From the IMG/VR virus record IMGVR_UViG_3300044609_000721: a stretch of 64,000 nucleotides of DNA; one strand, given 5' to 3'. This DNA comes from a virus. Below, piece after piece: positions 17,731-26,591 of the stretch; the stretch's first letter is position 1; every line of letters starts with the position of its first letter. The notes under the pieces are model-generated. The model was given only the letters and a program-made list of their open reading frames with translations. It searched no databases and was not told where the DNA came from. A program made the translations under genes and the position numbers.

Positions 17731-20700
17731 TCAATAACCCTCTGGTACAGTCTCGCTTAATTGTGTTGGTGCTTCAGAATCATCATTATTCTGAGCGTCT
17801 TCTGTAATATATAGGTCTTCCTCACCCAAATCACCATATTGCCTGTTGCAAACAAAGTCATATGGATTTCCATATTTGTCAACAGACTCCGCAAATATTT
17901 TAGTCTCTTGAGTCAAGTCATGATAGATTTGCAATCTGCCATGAACTTCATAACTACGGCATCCATCCGAAACCATACGGTCACCAACTCTATATCCAGA
18001 AAGTTCCATTAGACTATTAATGTTGTTATACCAAACACCCCCAATGTATCCTCCTTTATCTGAGAATGGTACTGCATATGTAGTGGCGTTTTGCGTCACA
18101 CCAAGACCCATTCCACCATACCAACCTAGAGTTGGTAATCCATATTCACTGACACAAAAAGCATCTTCAATATCAAGAGTAGAATCTTCGAATGTATTTC
18201 TGATTTGCTGCAGAACTGTCTGTAGGGCTGGTTGATCTTCCAAACATTTTGTGCATACAGTTAAGTCGGGATTATTTGGATCTGGTGGATTTTTGATTAC
18301 ACCCAATCTTATTGTGATATGTGTCCAAGGCCTTGGATCTGGACAAAATCTTCTCATCAGATATAAATTCTCATCATCACGGCATGGTAATGCAAAGAAC
18401 GATTTCTCTGTGACCATCATGGACGTATTATTCCAAGTACCATACCTATAGTCTTCAAGATCTCTTTCCCACATTTCATCTAATGATTCTGTGAGTTGAT
18501 TTTCCTGAACTTGGATAGAGTTTGGTACAGAGTTCACATAGTCCTTTCCATATCGTACATTTGGATTTCCCTTTCCTAATTTTCTGGTGAAATCTTTGAA
18601 CTCTTTAGTGTAACTAACATTTCCTTCACTTGTTGATGGAACTTTACTCTTCACCAATGATGGATTTGATTTTGCTGAAATATCATTCACTACATCTTCA
18701 GTACCTTCTGGAGCAGCAGATGTATTGATTACTGTTCCAGTAGGACTCGATAGACTTATTGTGGATACTGAAGAATATGTACTGAAAGCACTTCTTTGAC
18801 TTGCAGAAAGTTTGTTGGTGATGTAAGTATTCACAGCACGAGTTTGTTCCTCGGTCCATTTACCAGTAGTGATATTCTGAGTGGTTGTATTTGCAATAGT
18901 AATATTTTCAGAATTGAATTTGGTCACTGATGGAATATTACTATACTCATCTCTTCTCTCTTTTAGTTTTTTGATTTGCTGCTGCTGGTCTGCAGTTAAA
19001 TCATTTTCACTGAATGCCCTAATGAAGTTTTTCTTGACACCACGATCTTCATATCTAAAAGATCTTTTGGTATTACTTTGACGCATGGAATCGACATCTG
19101 GTTTTAATCTAGATGTAATAACTTCATTATGAACATCGGACTGTTTCTTAGAATAACTCTGCCAGTCTAATCCAGTTTTGCTATATGATTGGAAAATTGG
19201 AGATTCTTTAAATACTCTATAATTATCTGCCTCAGCAATGTTTATATCTTTTGCTTCTCTGGCAACTGTATCTATCTTCCTCGCAATGTAAGGAACAAAT
19301 ACGTCAGGTGGATTTGTAGATGAGTATCCAGATCCACCATTCAATACTCTTACATCAACCAAACGGCCGCGAGAAATGATTGGTTCTAGTTGAGCAATGA
19401 CACCAGTACCCTTACATCTTCTTTTTGCTTTTGCTACAGACACTCCTTGATTGATTAGAGTGTTGTACAAATCGTGATTAAAGTAGGTTGGTGGAGGCGA
19501 TACTGAAAGTTTAATATTTTCGATGTTTTTATTTGTAAGACCCCTGCCCTTACTTATGATCTTTATTCTAGAAACACGACCATTTTCGATTTTTGCAACA
19601 CACTTTGGTTTGATGATTTTTGGTGCAAACGGAATCCCCTCATTTGGAATTGCTGTACCATATTCTATTTCTTTTTTCTTAAATTCGTACTTGCCAATTA
19701 ATATTGCTCTATCCTTAATGCCCCATCCAGCAACAACTTTGATATTCTGACCATTGCTTGCAGTATATACTGCATCCTTCGTAAAGTCTGCAGTTCCGTT
19801 AGAGAGTTCTGCCAAGTGCATATTGAACTCATTATCACTATGCTTTACATTTTTAATGGCCCATCCATTGACAGTCATATTGGTTGATAGGTAATCAACA
19901 TCGTCAACCACTTCTTGAGTATCCTGAGTTTCTGAGATAACCAGAGTGACTGATATTCTATCCTCAGCATCTTTATCTGGGAAGTACAATACAAACTTAT
20001 TTTGATCAACAAAGTCCACACCATTCCCAGGAGAATACCCATACCCACGATTGAGTATGCGATCTATCTTCCAAATTGTGTTATATTGATTTGTGTTACT
20101 ATCCCACTCAGAATTGATTTTCATTCTTATGCGAAGACCACCATTCATTGTGTAGTCTTTGAAGACGGTTGTATTATTTGATACCCAACAATCACCAGAA
20201 GTTGATTTAAATGCAACTCCTTCAGATCCATTCCATGAGTCTACAAACCCTGCCTGCTTGAGAGTCATACCTCTGAAGCAGTCTCCACCATTGATACCAT
20301 TCACAGCGTTCCTAGAGGTCCATACGATGGATCCAGCGAGGTTCTTGAGAACGATTGCATATCCAGCAGGATTGGCAGTCCAACTTGTATTAGTGCCACC
20401 ATTCCTCACCTTGATACGGAAATTGATATACCCTGCTTTCTGAACAGTAAAGGTACCAGTGATGGGAGATCCATTATATCCACCCGATACTGTAAACTGT
20501 TTATTCTCATCAGATGAGACTAGGATATAATCATCACCTTCATTGGTAACACCGTAGGAATCTACTGCAATCGTACCTTCATCATCGATTGCCATTTCTA
20601 GGGAATATGCTCCTGCAGAAACAGGAATCTTCTTATTGATGATATTGACTTCTCTACCAACAAGATTATTCTGCATGTTGTTGGTCCATACCATGTAGTT

Positions 20701-21939
20701 GTTGGCAAAAGTATTCCAACCAGAATTGCCACTCACAGCAAACAATCCACCAACAAACTTAGATTCCTTCAGCATGAAATCTACAGGTACACCACCAATC
20801 TTTCCACTTGGATTATCTTTATCTCCTACAGGAACAATAATGATGTCCCCCATAATCTCTTGAGTGATAATTGAGTTAGTGACCAAACTGGTTGGTTTCA
20901 CTGCAACTCTTGTTCTACTTGATGGCCATCCACCAGAAGGTAGTGATACAACTCCGTTGACCTTAACTTCAGTATTAGCGTGGTTTCTATCTGTTCTATG
21001 TGATCTGAATGTCATATCCAAGATCATACCATTTGAGAATGATACGTTCTGGCGAGATTCATATCCATTGGGATATTGAGTTCCATAGTCCTCTTTACTT
21101 CCCCACATCTTAATACCCCAGCGAGTATAGATGTAGTTCCCCAAGGATGCATTGTGTCTATAGACTAAATGACTTTCACTGCCTTCATTTGGTCTATAGC
21201 GAAGCATTACTGCTGAACTCTTTGTTGTGTAGCGAAATGCTACTGCTTGACGTTTTGTACCAACTGCCCAGAACAATGGATATGCATCTTCATCGTATGC
21301 AGGGTTGGTTATTCCATCTTCTAAGTTATATCTGATGTAGGTTTCGTCTGGATGGCAAGGACATTCAAACGGGGTTTTTCTCATCTGATAAGTCCAGCGT
21401 GGAGCCGTAGCACCATCACCAGATCCACCTCCAGCAAAATAAGTCACTGTGAAACACCAAGAGTGGCAAGGTGTTCCAGTGACTCCGTTGTAGGTATCAA
21501 ACATGTAATAGAACCAACTATCCGAGAAGTTTGGTTCAAAACTAATCTCTGATGGATAGTGATCCCAGTAACGAGTTTTTACAGGATTTACAATTGCACC
21601 AGGAACAAGAGCATTGGTACATGCAAATCCATTAGCCTCCCACCACTTCGTTGTGACGATGGGAGCATTTAATTTTCCTGCGTTATCTCCAATATCATTC
21701 TTATTGCCGAAGAGATAATCAGGTGTAGTTGTTGGACTTGTAGAATATGTGCTGTAACGATTGGGCGCAACAGACTGACACACATCATCAAAGTCATACA
21801 TCACACGATCACGTTCCCAAGTAGGAGCATTGATGTGATTCGTATTTCTCTTTGGATAGTTCTCTTTAGACATGAGGACCCCAATATTGGGATCATTCAG
21901 TGGACTAAAATCTGGACATGATTTACTGTTGCAAGGCAT
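17731..21939 (-). CDS. Large virion structural protein (1402 aa), probably baseplate or hub associated
   Basis: Long ORF with Cys-rich termini, GSGY repeats and a lectin-like TSWTANPAGYAIVL segment; abuts the PAAR gene. Confidence 0.7.
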   Translation of the reverse strand: MPCNSKSCPDFSPLNDPNIGVLMSKENYPKRNTNHINAPTWERDRVMYDFDDVCQSVAPNRYSTYSTSPTTTPDYLFGNKNDIGDNAGKLNAPIVTTKWWEANGFACTNALVPGAIVNPVKTRYWDHYPSEISFEPNFSDSWFYYMFDTYNGVTGTPCHSWCFTVTYFAGGGSGDGATAPRWTYQMRKTPFECPCHPDETYIRYNLEDGITNPAYDEDAYPLFWAVGTKRQAVAFRYTTKSSAVMLRYRPNEGSESHLVYRHNASLGNYIYTRWGIKMWGSKEDYGTQYPNGYESRQNVSFSNGMILDMTFRSHRTDRNHANTEVKVNGVVSLPSGGWPSSRTRVAVKPTSLVTNSIITQEIMGDIIIVPVGDKDNPSGKIGGVPVDFMLKESKFVGGLFAVSGNSGWNTFANNYMVWTNNMQNNLVGREVNIINKKIPVSAGAYSLEMAIDDEGTIAVDSYGVTNEGDDYILVSSDENKQFTVSGGYNGSPITGTFTVQKAGYINFRIKVRNGGTNTSWTANPAGYAIVLKNLAGSIVWTSRNAVNGINGGDCFRGMTLKQAGFVDSWNGSEGVAFKSTSGDCWVSNNTTVFKDYTMNGGLRIRMKINSEWDSNTNQYNTIWKIDRILNRGYGYSPGNGVDFVDQNKFVLYFPDKDAEDRISVTLVISETQDTQEVVDDVDYLSTNMTVNGWAIKNVKHSDNEFNMHLAELSNGTADFTKDAVYTASNGQNIKVVAGWGIKDRAILIGKYEFKKKEIEYGTAIPNEGIPFAPKIIKPKCVAKIENGRVSRIKIISKGRGLTNKNIENIKLSVSPPPTYFNHDLYNTLINQGVSVAKAKRRCKGTGVIAQLEPIISRGRLVDVRVLNGGSGYSSTNPPDVFVPYIARKIDTVAREAKDINIAEADNYRVFKESPIFQSYSKTGLDWQSYSKKQSDVHNEVITSRLKPDVDSMRQSNTKRSFRYEDRGVKKNFIRAFSENDLTADQQQQIKKLKERRDEYSNIPSVTKFNSENITIANTTTQNITTGKWTEEQTRAVNTYITNKLSASQRSAFSTYSSVSTISLSSPTGTVINTSAAPEGTEDVVNDISAKSNPSLVKSKVPSTSEGNVSYTKEFKDFTRKLGKGNPNVRYGKDYVNSVPNSIQVQENQLTESLDEMWERDLEDYRYGTWNNTSMMVTEKSFFALPCRDDENLYLMRRFCPDPRPWTHITIRLGVIKNPPDPNNPDLTVCTKCLEDQPALQTVLQQIRNTFEDSTLDIEDAFCVSEYGLPTLGWYGGMGLGVTQNATTYAVPFSDKGGYIGGVWYNNINSLMELSGYRVGDRMVSDGCRSYEVHGRLQIYHDLTQETKIFAESVDKYGNPYDFVCNRQYGDLGEEDLYITEDAQNNDDSEAPTQLSETVPEGY

Positions 21940-21942
21940 TAC

Positions 21943-22290
21943 TTACTTACCCTGGTCAAATAGTTGGTTCTCAATTTTATTTAGACGTTCGTAAATAAGA
22001 TCGAGATTACCACCAAGACCAACGTAATCATCATTCCCAGGAGGTTTGTACTGTAGACTCGATTTACCAAGAAGTTCTGTAGTAACAAACTTCTCAATGT
22101 TATCCAATCGAGTCTCTACACTTTCTTTGATATACTTTTCAATATCACTGGTGCGTTCAATGAGTTTTGTAATGATATCATTAATGATCTCATGTGCTTT
22201 CTCATTATCTTTAAATTTAAAGTCCATGTATCCACGATCTTGTTGAAGTAATAGTTCCTTCAGTTTCGTGTTGGGATTTTCTTCAGTCAT
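21943..22290 (-). CDS. Hypothetical protein (coiled-coil)
   Basis: ORF track; tiles with the neighbouring genes. Confidence 0.7.
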   Translation of the reverse strand: MTEENPNTKLKELLLQQDRGYMDFKFKDNEKAHEIINDIITKLIERTSDIEKYIKESVETRLDNIEKFVTTELLGKSSLQYKPPGNDDYVGLGGNLDLIYERLNKIENQLFDQGK

Positions 22291-22345
22291 GCTATAATAT
22301 ACCTCTAAGTTTTACGCGGTAAACGGGCTACGCGGTTTTTTTTTC

Positions 22346-22510
22346 TCAAATGTCCTTAAACATTCTCACACCAGTTCCGTCGTCATCAATTTCGTACCTT
22401 AATACGTCTCCTTCCATTAATCCGAGTTCATCAATAATCTCTTGAGGAAACTCTAAAATTAAATCCCCTTCTGGGGTCTCTTCTAACTCTATGATAAACT
22501 TTCTTGACAT
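22346..22510 (-). CDS. AbrB/MazE/SpoVT-like small DNA-binding protein (54 aa)
   Basis: MSRKFIIELEETPEGDLILEFPQEIIDELGLMEGDVLRYEIDDDG matches the AbrB pattern (LxFPxxIxxxLGLxEGDxL). Confidence 0.65.
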   Translation of the reverse strand: MSRKFIIELEETPEGDLILEFPQEIIDELGLMEGDVLRYEIDDDGTGVRMFKDI

Positions 22511-22511
22511 G

Positions 22512-22745
22512 TCATACCTCTTCAAGTACTTCTGTGATATATCTATACTCGGAGAGTTTTCTAGCTACGCGGTGTGCTTCCTTCTCATCAAATAACAGGT
22601 ACTGACCTTTCGTATCACAACACTCCAAGTGTCCCTCCTCTTCGAGAAATTTGGATAAATTGTGAAAGATTGGTCCTGCCTGTTTTGTTTGATCGTAGGG
22701 TATCGCAACCCTCACATAATGCTTAGTAGTCATCATACCCACCAC
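22512..22745 (-). CDS. Hypothetical protein
   Basis: ORF track; tiled. Confidence 0.65.
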   Translation of the reverse strand: MVGMMTTKHYVRVAIPYDQTKQAGPIFHNLSKFLEEEGHLECCDTKGQYLLFDEKEAHRVARKLSEYRYITEVLEEV

Positions 22746-23022
22746 TAGCGAGGCTTGCCTGAAACTCAGGACTCTCGTAGATTCTTTTGATACTTCTCTG
22801 AAAAGGTGTTAATTCCTCCTCTGTAATTTCATCGCGGTTCAATCCGTAGGCTTCACGAATATCTTTGAATTCCTCTAACGTGAGAACTTTGATAGAATCT
22901 TCAACGGCTTCCTTGACGAACCACTTGAAGGAATCCACTGCGCGTTCCTCAGATTCTCCTAGAATCCCTACGAACTTCGTCTCGTTCTTTGTGTCAGTAT
23001 AGCGAATTACCCAATAGTCCAT
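22723..23022 (-). CDS. Hypothetical protein
   Basis: ORF track; GAGGA RBS upstream. Confidence 0.7.
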   Translation of the reverse strand: MDYWVIRYTDTKNETKFVGILGESEERAVDSFKWFVKEAVEDSIKVLTLEEFKDIREAYGLNRDEITEEELTPFQRSIKRIYESPEFQASLASGGYDDY

Positions 23023-23137
23023 TTTATTCCTCAGAAAAATTTTTTATATTATAGAGACCCTAAAAGGGGACCCACTCTTATATATTCGGCGGCCGTTTTT
23101 ATTTTCTTGGAGTCCCTTGGAAAAATAAACAGAGATA

Positions 23138-23144
23138 TATTTAG
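23138..23144 (-). promoter_or_regulatory. Late promoter variant CTAAATA
   Basis: TAAATA core in the spacer upstream of the 23022-to-PAAR gene run. Confidence 0.5.
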
Positions 23145-23258
23145 ATGCCTTTCGTAACACTTTATAGATTACAAGGGACCCTTTTATTAATATAAGGGCG
23201 CCCCGATATCACGATAACGTTATATCATACTGCCTGTCCGCCCTAAGTTATATCGAGA

Positions 23259-23280
23259 GAGGGGCAATTGACTGCCCCTC
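23259..23280 (-). terminator. Stem-loop GAGGGGCA-N6-TGCCCCTC, probable terminator at the early/late boundary
   Basis: Perfect 8-bp stem 13 nt after a double TGA stop; U-tract is weak. Confidence 0.5.
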
Positions 23281-23295
23281 AGTATATCTAACTCA

Positions 23296-23451
23296 TCAGA
23301 AGTCGATCATCTCCATAGTGGGAACATTGTCGCTCTGAGTGTCATCATTGCCCTCGCTAATCGTGCCGCTGGTGATGGTATCGAGGATCGACAGAATCTC
23401 GTTGCCAGTGTTACCTTGACGGAGCATGGAGATGAGAACTTGCTTAGACAT
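23296..23451 (-). CDS. Small acidic hypothetical protein (51 aa, MSKQVLISMLRQGNTGNEILSILD)
   Basis: Hand-translated; ends in TGA TGA. Confidence 0.7.
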   Translation of the reverse strand: MSKQVLISMLRQGNTGNEILSILDTITSGTISEGNDDTQSDNVPTMEMIDF

Positions 23452-23525
23452 AGTAGGTCGGTTCGTTGTTAGTTAGGGGTTAAACAGTGAGTGTCTTTAT
23501 AGGGCGCATCTCATTCCCTTGGGTA

Positions 23526-23786
23526 TTATGGCAGATCTACACCTGTCATCTCAAAATCAAAAACAAGACGCTTTGCAAAGTCTTCTGCTTCTTGCTTTGT
23601 TGCGTATTTGGTGACAGTTCCATCAGCATATTTGACCAGTTTGAATACATGTCCAATCATGCAATCTTTCAAGACTTTTTTATGTGACCAGATGGCAGCA
23701 CGATAACCCGATCCGTCTTTAATTTTCTTTGCCATATAAGGACGGGGCAAAGATCCAGGGGCCACGCGAATAGTGAAGATGGACAT
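23526..23786 (-). CDS. Hypothetical protein (likely start MSIFTIRVAP)
   Basis: The track start at 23870 runs through the DnaA-box element, so the ATG at 23786 is preferred. Confidence 0.65.
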   Translation of the reverse strand: MSIFTIRVAPGSLPRPYMAKKIKDGSGYRAAIWSHKKVLKDCMIGHVFKLVKYADGTVTKYATKQEAEDFAKRLVFDFEMTGVDLP

Positions 23787-23829
23787 GTTTGTTGTTTCGA
23801 GGGGGGAGAATTGATGATTTTGAGAATAG

Positions 23830-23862
23830 TTTTCCACAGATTTGAGTATAACCTGTGGAAAA
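23830..23862. promoter_or_regulatory. Inverted pair of cyanobacterial-type DnaA boxes (TTTTCCACA-N15-TGTGGAAAA)
   Basis: Perfect boxes at 23830-23838 and 23854-23862; spacer contains TGAGTATA. Confidence 0.6.
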
Positions 23863-23866
23863 CTTA

Positions 23867-24184
23867 TCAAGCGAGACGCATACCAGAGAAGAAAGGAATC
23901 GTCCCGTAGTCGTTAGAACTGAAGAACCATTGTCCCTTCTTCTGGAATACACGTTCATCGCCAATTCCATGCTCGGAGAGAATAGCATTCAGGCGAGACT
24001 TTGTGGTGTTTGACTGATACCCACCATCGAAAAGTTCGATCCAAGTCTCACCAATACGAGCGATCAGATTGCCATGGAGAAAGACATCAGTAACGAAGGA
24101 ACATGCAACGACTTCAGTGTTATCGAGTTTGAAGTCTTTGCCTGCAGTGATAGCAGCATTCATCAGACGTTCGATCTTACGCAT
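23867..24184 (-). CDS. Early hypothetical protein (MRKIERLMNAAI)
   Basis: ORF track; first gene after the class II promoter at about 24255. Confidence 0.8.
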   Translation of the reverse strand: MRKIERLMNAAITAGKDFKLDNTEVVACSFVTDVFLHGNLIARIGETWIELFDGGYQSNTTKSRLNAILSEHGIGDERVFQKKGQWFFSSNDYGTIPFFSGMRLA

Positions 24185-24252
24185 GAGAGGCGATTGAAGG
24201 GGGTTTAGAGAGGTCGGAGGTAGTGGGAGATCCCCTCCCCTCCGATGAACCT

Positions 24253-24317
24253 AATATAGGGCATTCTGGGGGGTCTGGGAGATGGGGTGTGCCACTAAGA
24301 TTTCTGGTCGGTGACAC
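24253..24317 (-). promoter_or_regulatory. Class II early promoter (TATATT -10, no -35, degenerate GTGNCAC upstream element)
   Basis: CAC of the upstream element lies 37 nt from the -10 edge, as in the 27489 and 31160 copies; shares the downstream GTTCATC with other promoters. Confidence 0.6.
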
Positions 24318-24346
24318 TTGACAAATGCTCTGAGTCGTGGTAGAAC
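24318..24346 (+). promoter_or_regulatory. Divergent sigma70-type promoter TTGACA-17-TAGAAC, no plus-strand gene downstream
   Basis: Perfect -35, 17-nt spacer, extended TG; the -10 lacks the final T. Confidence 0.45.
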
Positions 24347-24369
24347 GGGCTTAACTTGCATCTCTAGAG

Positions 24370-24476
24370 TACATTTATCTCTCAATACATTTCACGCACA
24401 TGTATTTTTTTGTACATTTTTAATTAACACTTTTTCCACAGGTTTTTCCACAATGAGTATATCTAACTGTGGAAAA
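24370..24476. other. AT-rich element with 3x TACATTT followed by three DnaA-type boxes (24432-24440, 24444-24452, inverted 24468-24476); candidate origin
   Basis: Seen directly in sequence; the function is inferred. Confidence 0.5.
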
Positions 24477-24487
24477 CTACGCGGAAC

Positions 24488-24622
24488 TCAATCATAGATC
24501 CTTTGAGACCTTTCATACAGACGCCTATCCAAATGATCGAGATATTCATCTGGTTTCATTACATCATCCCAATCAAGATCATCTCGTTCAATGTAATCAG
24601 TGTTGTAGTAATCGTGATTCAT
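24488..24622 (-). CDS. Small acidic hypothetical protein (44 aa)
   Basis: Hand-translated MNHDYYNTDYIERDDLDWDD. Confidence 0.55.
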   Translation of the reverse strand: MNHDYYNTDYIERDDLDWDDVMKPDEYLDHLDRRLYERSQRIYD

Positions 24623-24657
24623 CTTGTTAGTGGTAGTGTTCATGATAGTGTTATTCT

Positions 24658-24912
24658 TCAGATGTAAATATCAGGATCAATGCTATACTCTTCTAGCAAT
24701 TCAGGATAATAGTCGTTTGCTTCTTTTACGAGTTCGTTATCAGTCATCTTCTCCATATTCTCTACTAGCATATCAAATGCGAATCGTACTAGTGTATCCA
24801 TGTCCATGCTATCTACGACTAGTTCAGCATAATCAGAGATGAGAGAATCACGATCGAAGGTGTTAGTCATTTGTTTGTGTTTGATGATTTCAGTGTAAAG
24901 GTCGATGCTCAT
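24658..24912 (-). CDS. Hypothetical protein
   Basis: ORF track; tiled. Confidence 0.65.
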   Translation of the reverse strand: MSIDLYTEIIKHKQMTNTFDRDSLISDYAELVVDSMDMDTLVRFAFDMLVENMEKMTDNELVKEANDYYPELLEEYSIDPDIYI

Positions 24913-25009
24913 TTGTGAGTCTTGTTTGTTGGTTTGTTGTTGAAAAGTATCGGCCTGATGGGTGTACTTTGTGTGCGAACTTGATTCAGTTTGCGTTGCT
25001 CTCGGGACA

Positions 25010-25177
25010 TCAGTTAGCGTGAAGAATGGTGAGCATTTGATCGTAGAACTTATCTGCTTTCATCACTACATTATGCGACTCGGTTGCATCTTCGATGTCG
25101 TATTGTGTCATCTCTAGCGTTTGAATCACCTCAGAGAGTAGACTTTCCAGGTAGATTACTTTATCAGCATCACTCAT
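25010..25177 (-). CDS. Hypothetical protein (likely start MSDADKV)
   Basis: Internal ATG overlaps the upstream stop. Confidence 0.6.
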   Translation of the reverse strand: MSDADKVIYLESLLSEVIQTLEMTQYDIEDATESHNVVMKADKFYDQMLTILHAN

Positions 25178-25328
25178 GAACTTGCCCTTGCAGAGTGTTA
25201 CCGACGAAGACAAATGCAGATCCTATAGTATAACGAACTTGAGGGGAAATGAGGCAGAGAACAATGATCAGAACAGTGAAAAGATTCATTTTGTCAGGTG
25301 ATTTGAAGGTCAGAGATTTGCGAGACAT
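25170..25328 (-). CDS. Small membrane protein
   Basis: Hydrophobic LFTVLIIVLCLIS segment. Confidence 0.5.
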   Translation of the reverse strand: MSRKSLTFKSPDKMNLFTVLIIVLCLISPQVRYTIGSAFVFVGNTLQGQVHE

Positions 25329-25332
25329 TGAA

Positions 25333-25584
25333 TCAGAGATCTTGCAGCATTTCGTTGATCTCAATATGATTAACTTTCTTGCTATTCCACTTCACACCAT
25401 CGGGAGTTTCTTTCTGACCACAATCATACAACAGTTCACAGAGTTCAGTATAATCAGCACAAGTCTTTGCCGCATCATACAGACTCTCATCATTCTGAAT
25501 CCAGAGACTAACATTCCAGGTCTCGTAATTCGTCCAACCGTTATAGGTGGTGTCAGTGATGTTGGTTTGGAAAGCGACAGTCAT
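25333..25584 (-). CDS. Early hypothetical protein (TYNGWTNYETWNVSLWIQNDE)
   Basis: First ATG downstream of the promoter at 25632. Confidence 0.75.
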   Translation of the reverse strand: MTVAFQTNITDTTYNGWTNYETWNVSLWIQNDESLYDAAKTCADYTELCELLYDCGQKETPDGVKWNSKKVNHIEINEMLQDL

Positions 25585-25631
25585 TTGTTTGAGGTTTGTG
25601 GTGGGGATCTCTCTCAACCCCCGATGAACAT

Positions 25632-25707
25632 AGTATGGCAGGTCTGGCGGGGAAAGTCAAGCGTTTTTGGATAAGTGTTGCTTATGAGTGTGATAAGCAA
25701 CATTTAT
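25632..25707 (-). promoter_or_regulatory. Class I early promoter TTGACT-17-CATACT with two ATAAG-N5-CTTAT sites (25671-25685, 25693-25707)
   Basis: -10 at 25632-25637, -35 at 25655-25660. Confidence 0.85.
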
Positions 25708-25725
25708 GAGTTTTTACTTGACAAT

Positions 25726-25959
25726 TCACTCGTTTTCTTCATAATCGTATGGAGTCAAATCATCAGGCACATATAAACAATCATCGATCACATACTCATC
25801 CATAATATAATCTACTGTCACACCCATTTGTTCAGCGTACCACGAAACTTTGTGATAGAGGTCTAGATCAATCTCGTAGTATTCTGTTTCGATCATTACC
25901 ATTTCCATGTCAATTCTTCTCGGTTTGAGTATAGACTGCGCGGAACAGTTCCGCATCAC
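25726..25959 (-). CDS. Acidic hypothetical protein (true start probably internal, MEMVMIE)
   Basis: ORF track. Confidence 0.55.
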   Translation of the reverse strand: MMRNCSAQSILKPRRIDMEMVMIETEYYEIDLDLYHKVSWYAEQMGVTVDYIMDEYVIDDCLYVPDDLTPYDYEENE

Positions 25960-26034
25960 GTTGAATCAGAAATGCGTTCCATCCGATCATAATGGACAGA
26001 GTGATGATGCCTACACCAAAATACTTAATTCGCA

Positions 26035-26295
26035 TCACCATGTACCTCGTTGAACGTGAATGTTACGGATCTGAGTGTAAATGAAATTCTTGAGTTTTGG
26101 ATCTTCAGTGTTATCAAATGCAACATATAGACGATTCAGGTATTCGTCTTGTGTCATACATTTGATAGTCTTTGCCTTGCTAACTCCGATCTCGTTAAGT
26201 GTAGATCCTGCCTGCACTTTGTTCTTGCCGAAGTTACCTGAGACACGACCAGTTGTTCTCAGCTTGGGTTTAATCTTTGAGAGATTAGAGTTCAT
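26035..26295 (-). CDS. Hypothetical protein (MNSNLSKIKPKLRT)
   Basis: ORF track; start overlaps the upstream stop. Confidence 0.75.
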   Translation of the reverse strand: MNSNLSKIKPKLRTTGRVSGNFGKNKVQAGSTLNEIGVSKAKTIKCMTQDEYLNRLYVAFDNTEDPKLKNFIYTQIRNIHVQRGTW

Positions 26296-26561
26296 CAGAC
26301 GAGTGCAAGTTTACGGGCAGGTTGAACATGAAACTGGTCATTCTCAAACCAAACTGATGTGTTTGGGGGCATCATCTCATCTACAACAACCCAGGAAGTT
26401 TCACCAAACTCCTTTACAACAACGTAACCGAAAGTGCCTGCGATTGGAAGACAACTAAGACCAGCACGTTCAGCACTACGCTGCGTGTCATGTTTGGTCC
26501 GAGAGTTCCACCAACTCGTTGCGAGTTGTTTATCAGAACCGAATGTGATGAGAGTGTACAT
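26295..26561 (-). CDS. Hypothetical protein
   Basis: ORF track; tiled. Confidence 0.7.
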   Translation of the reverse strand: MYTLITFGSDKQLATSWWNSRTKHDTQRSAERAGLSCLPIAGTFGYVVVKEFGETSWVVVDEMMPPNTSVWFENDQFHVQPARKLALV

Positions 26562-26591
26562 TTGTTTGGCAGAGTAAGAGTGAATCAGGAA

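Noticed and set aside
1-21552. Many 60-126 aa plus-strand ORFs and short off-frame minus ORFs over the structural genes
   Set aside because: They are shadows of gp7, gp6 and the 1402-aa gene.
22311-22345. TACGCGGT direct repeat followed by a T9 run as a terminator
   Set aside because: There is no clean stem, the T-run is on the non-coding strand, and it overlaps the end of the AbrB-like gene.
23267-23300. Plus-strand promoter from the TTGAC in the 23259 hairpin loop
   Set aside because: There is no acceptable -10 at 16-18 nt spacing.
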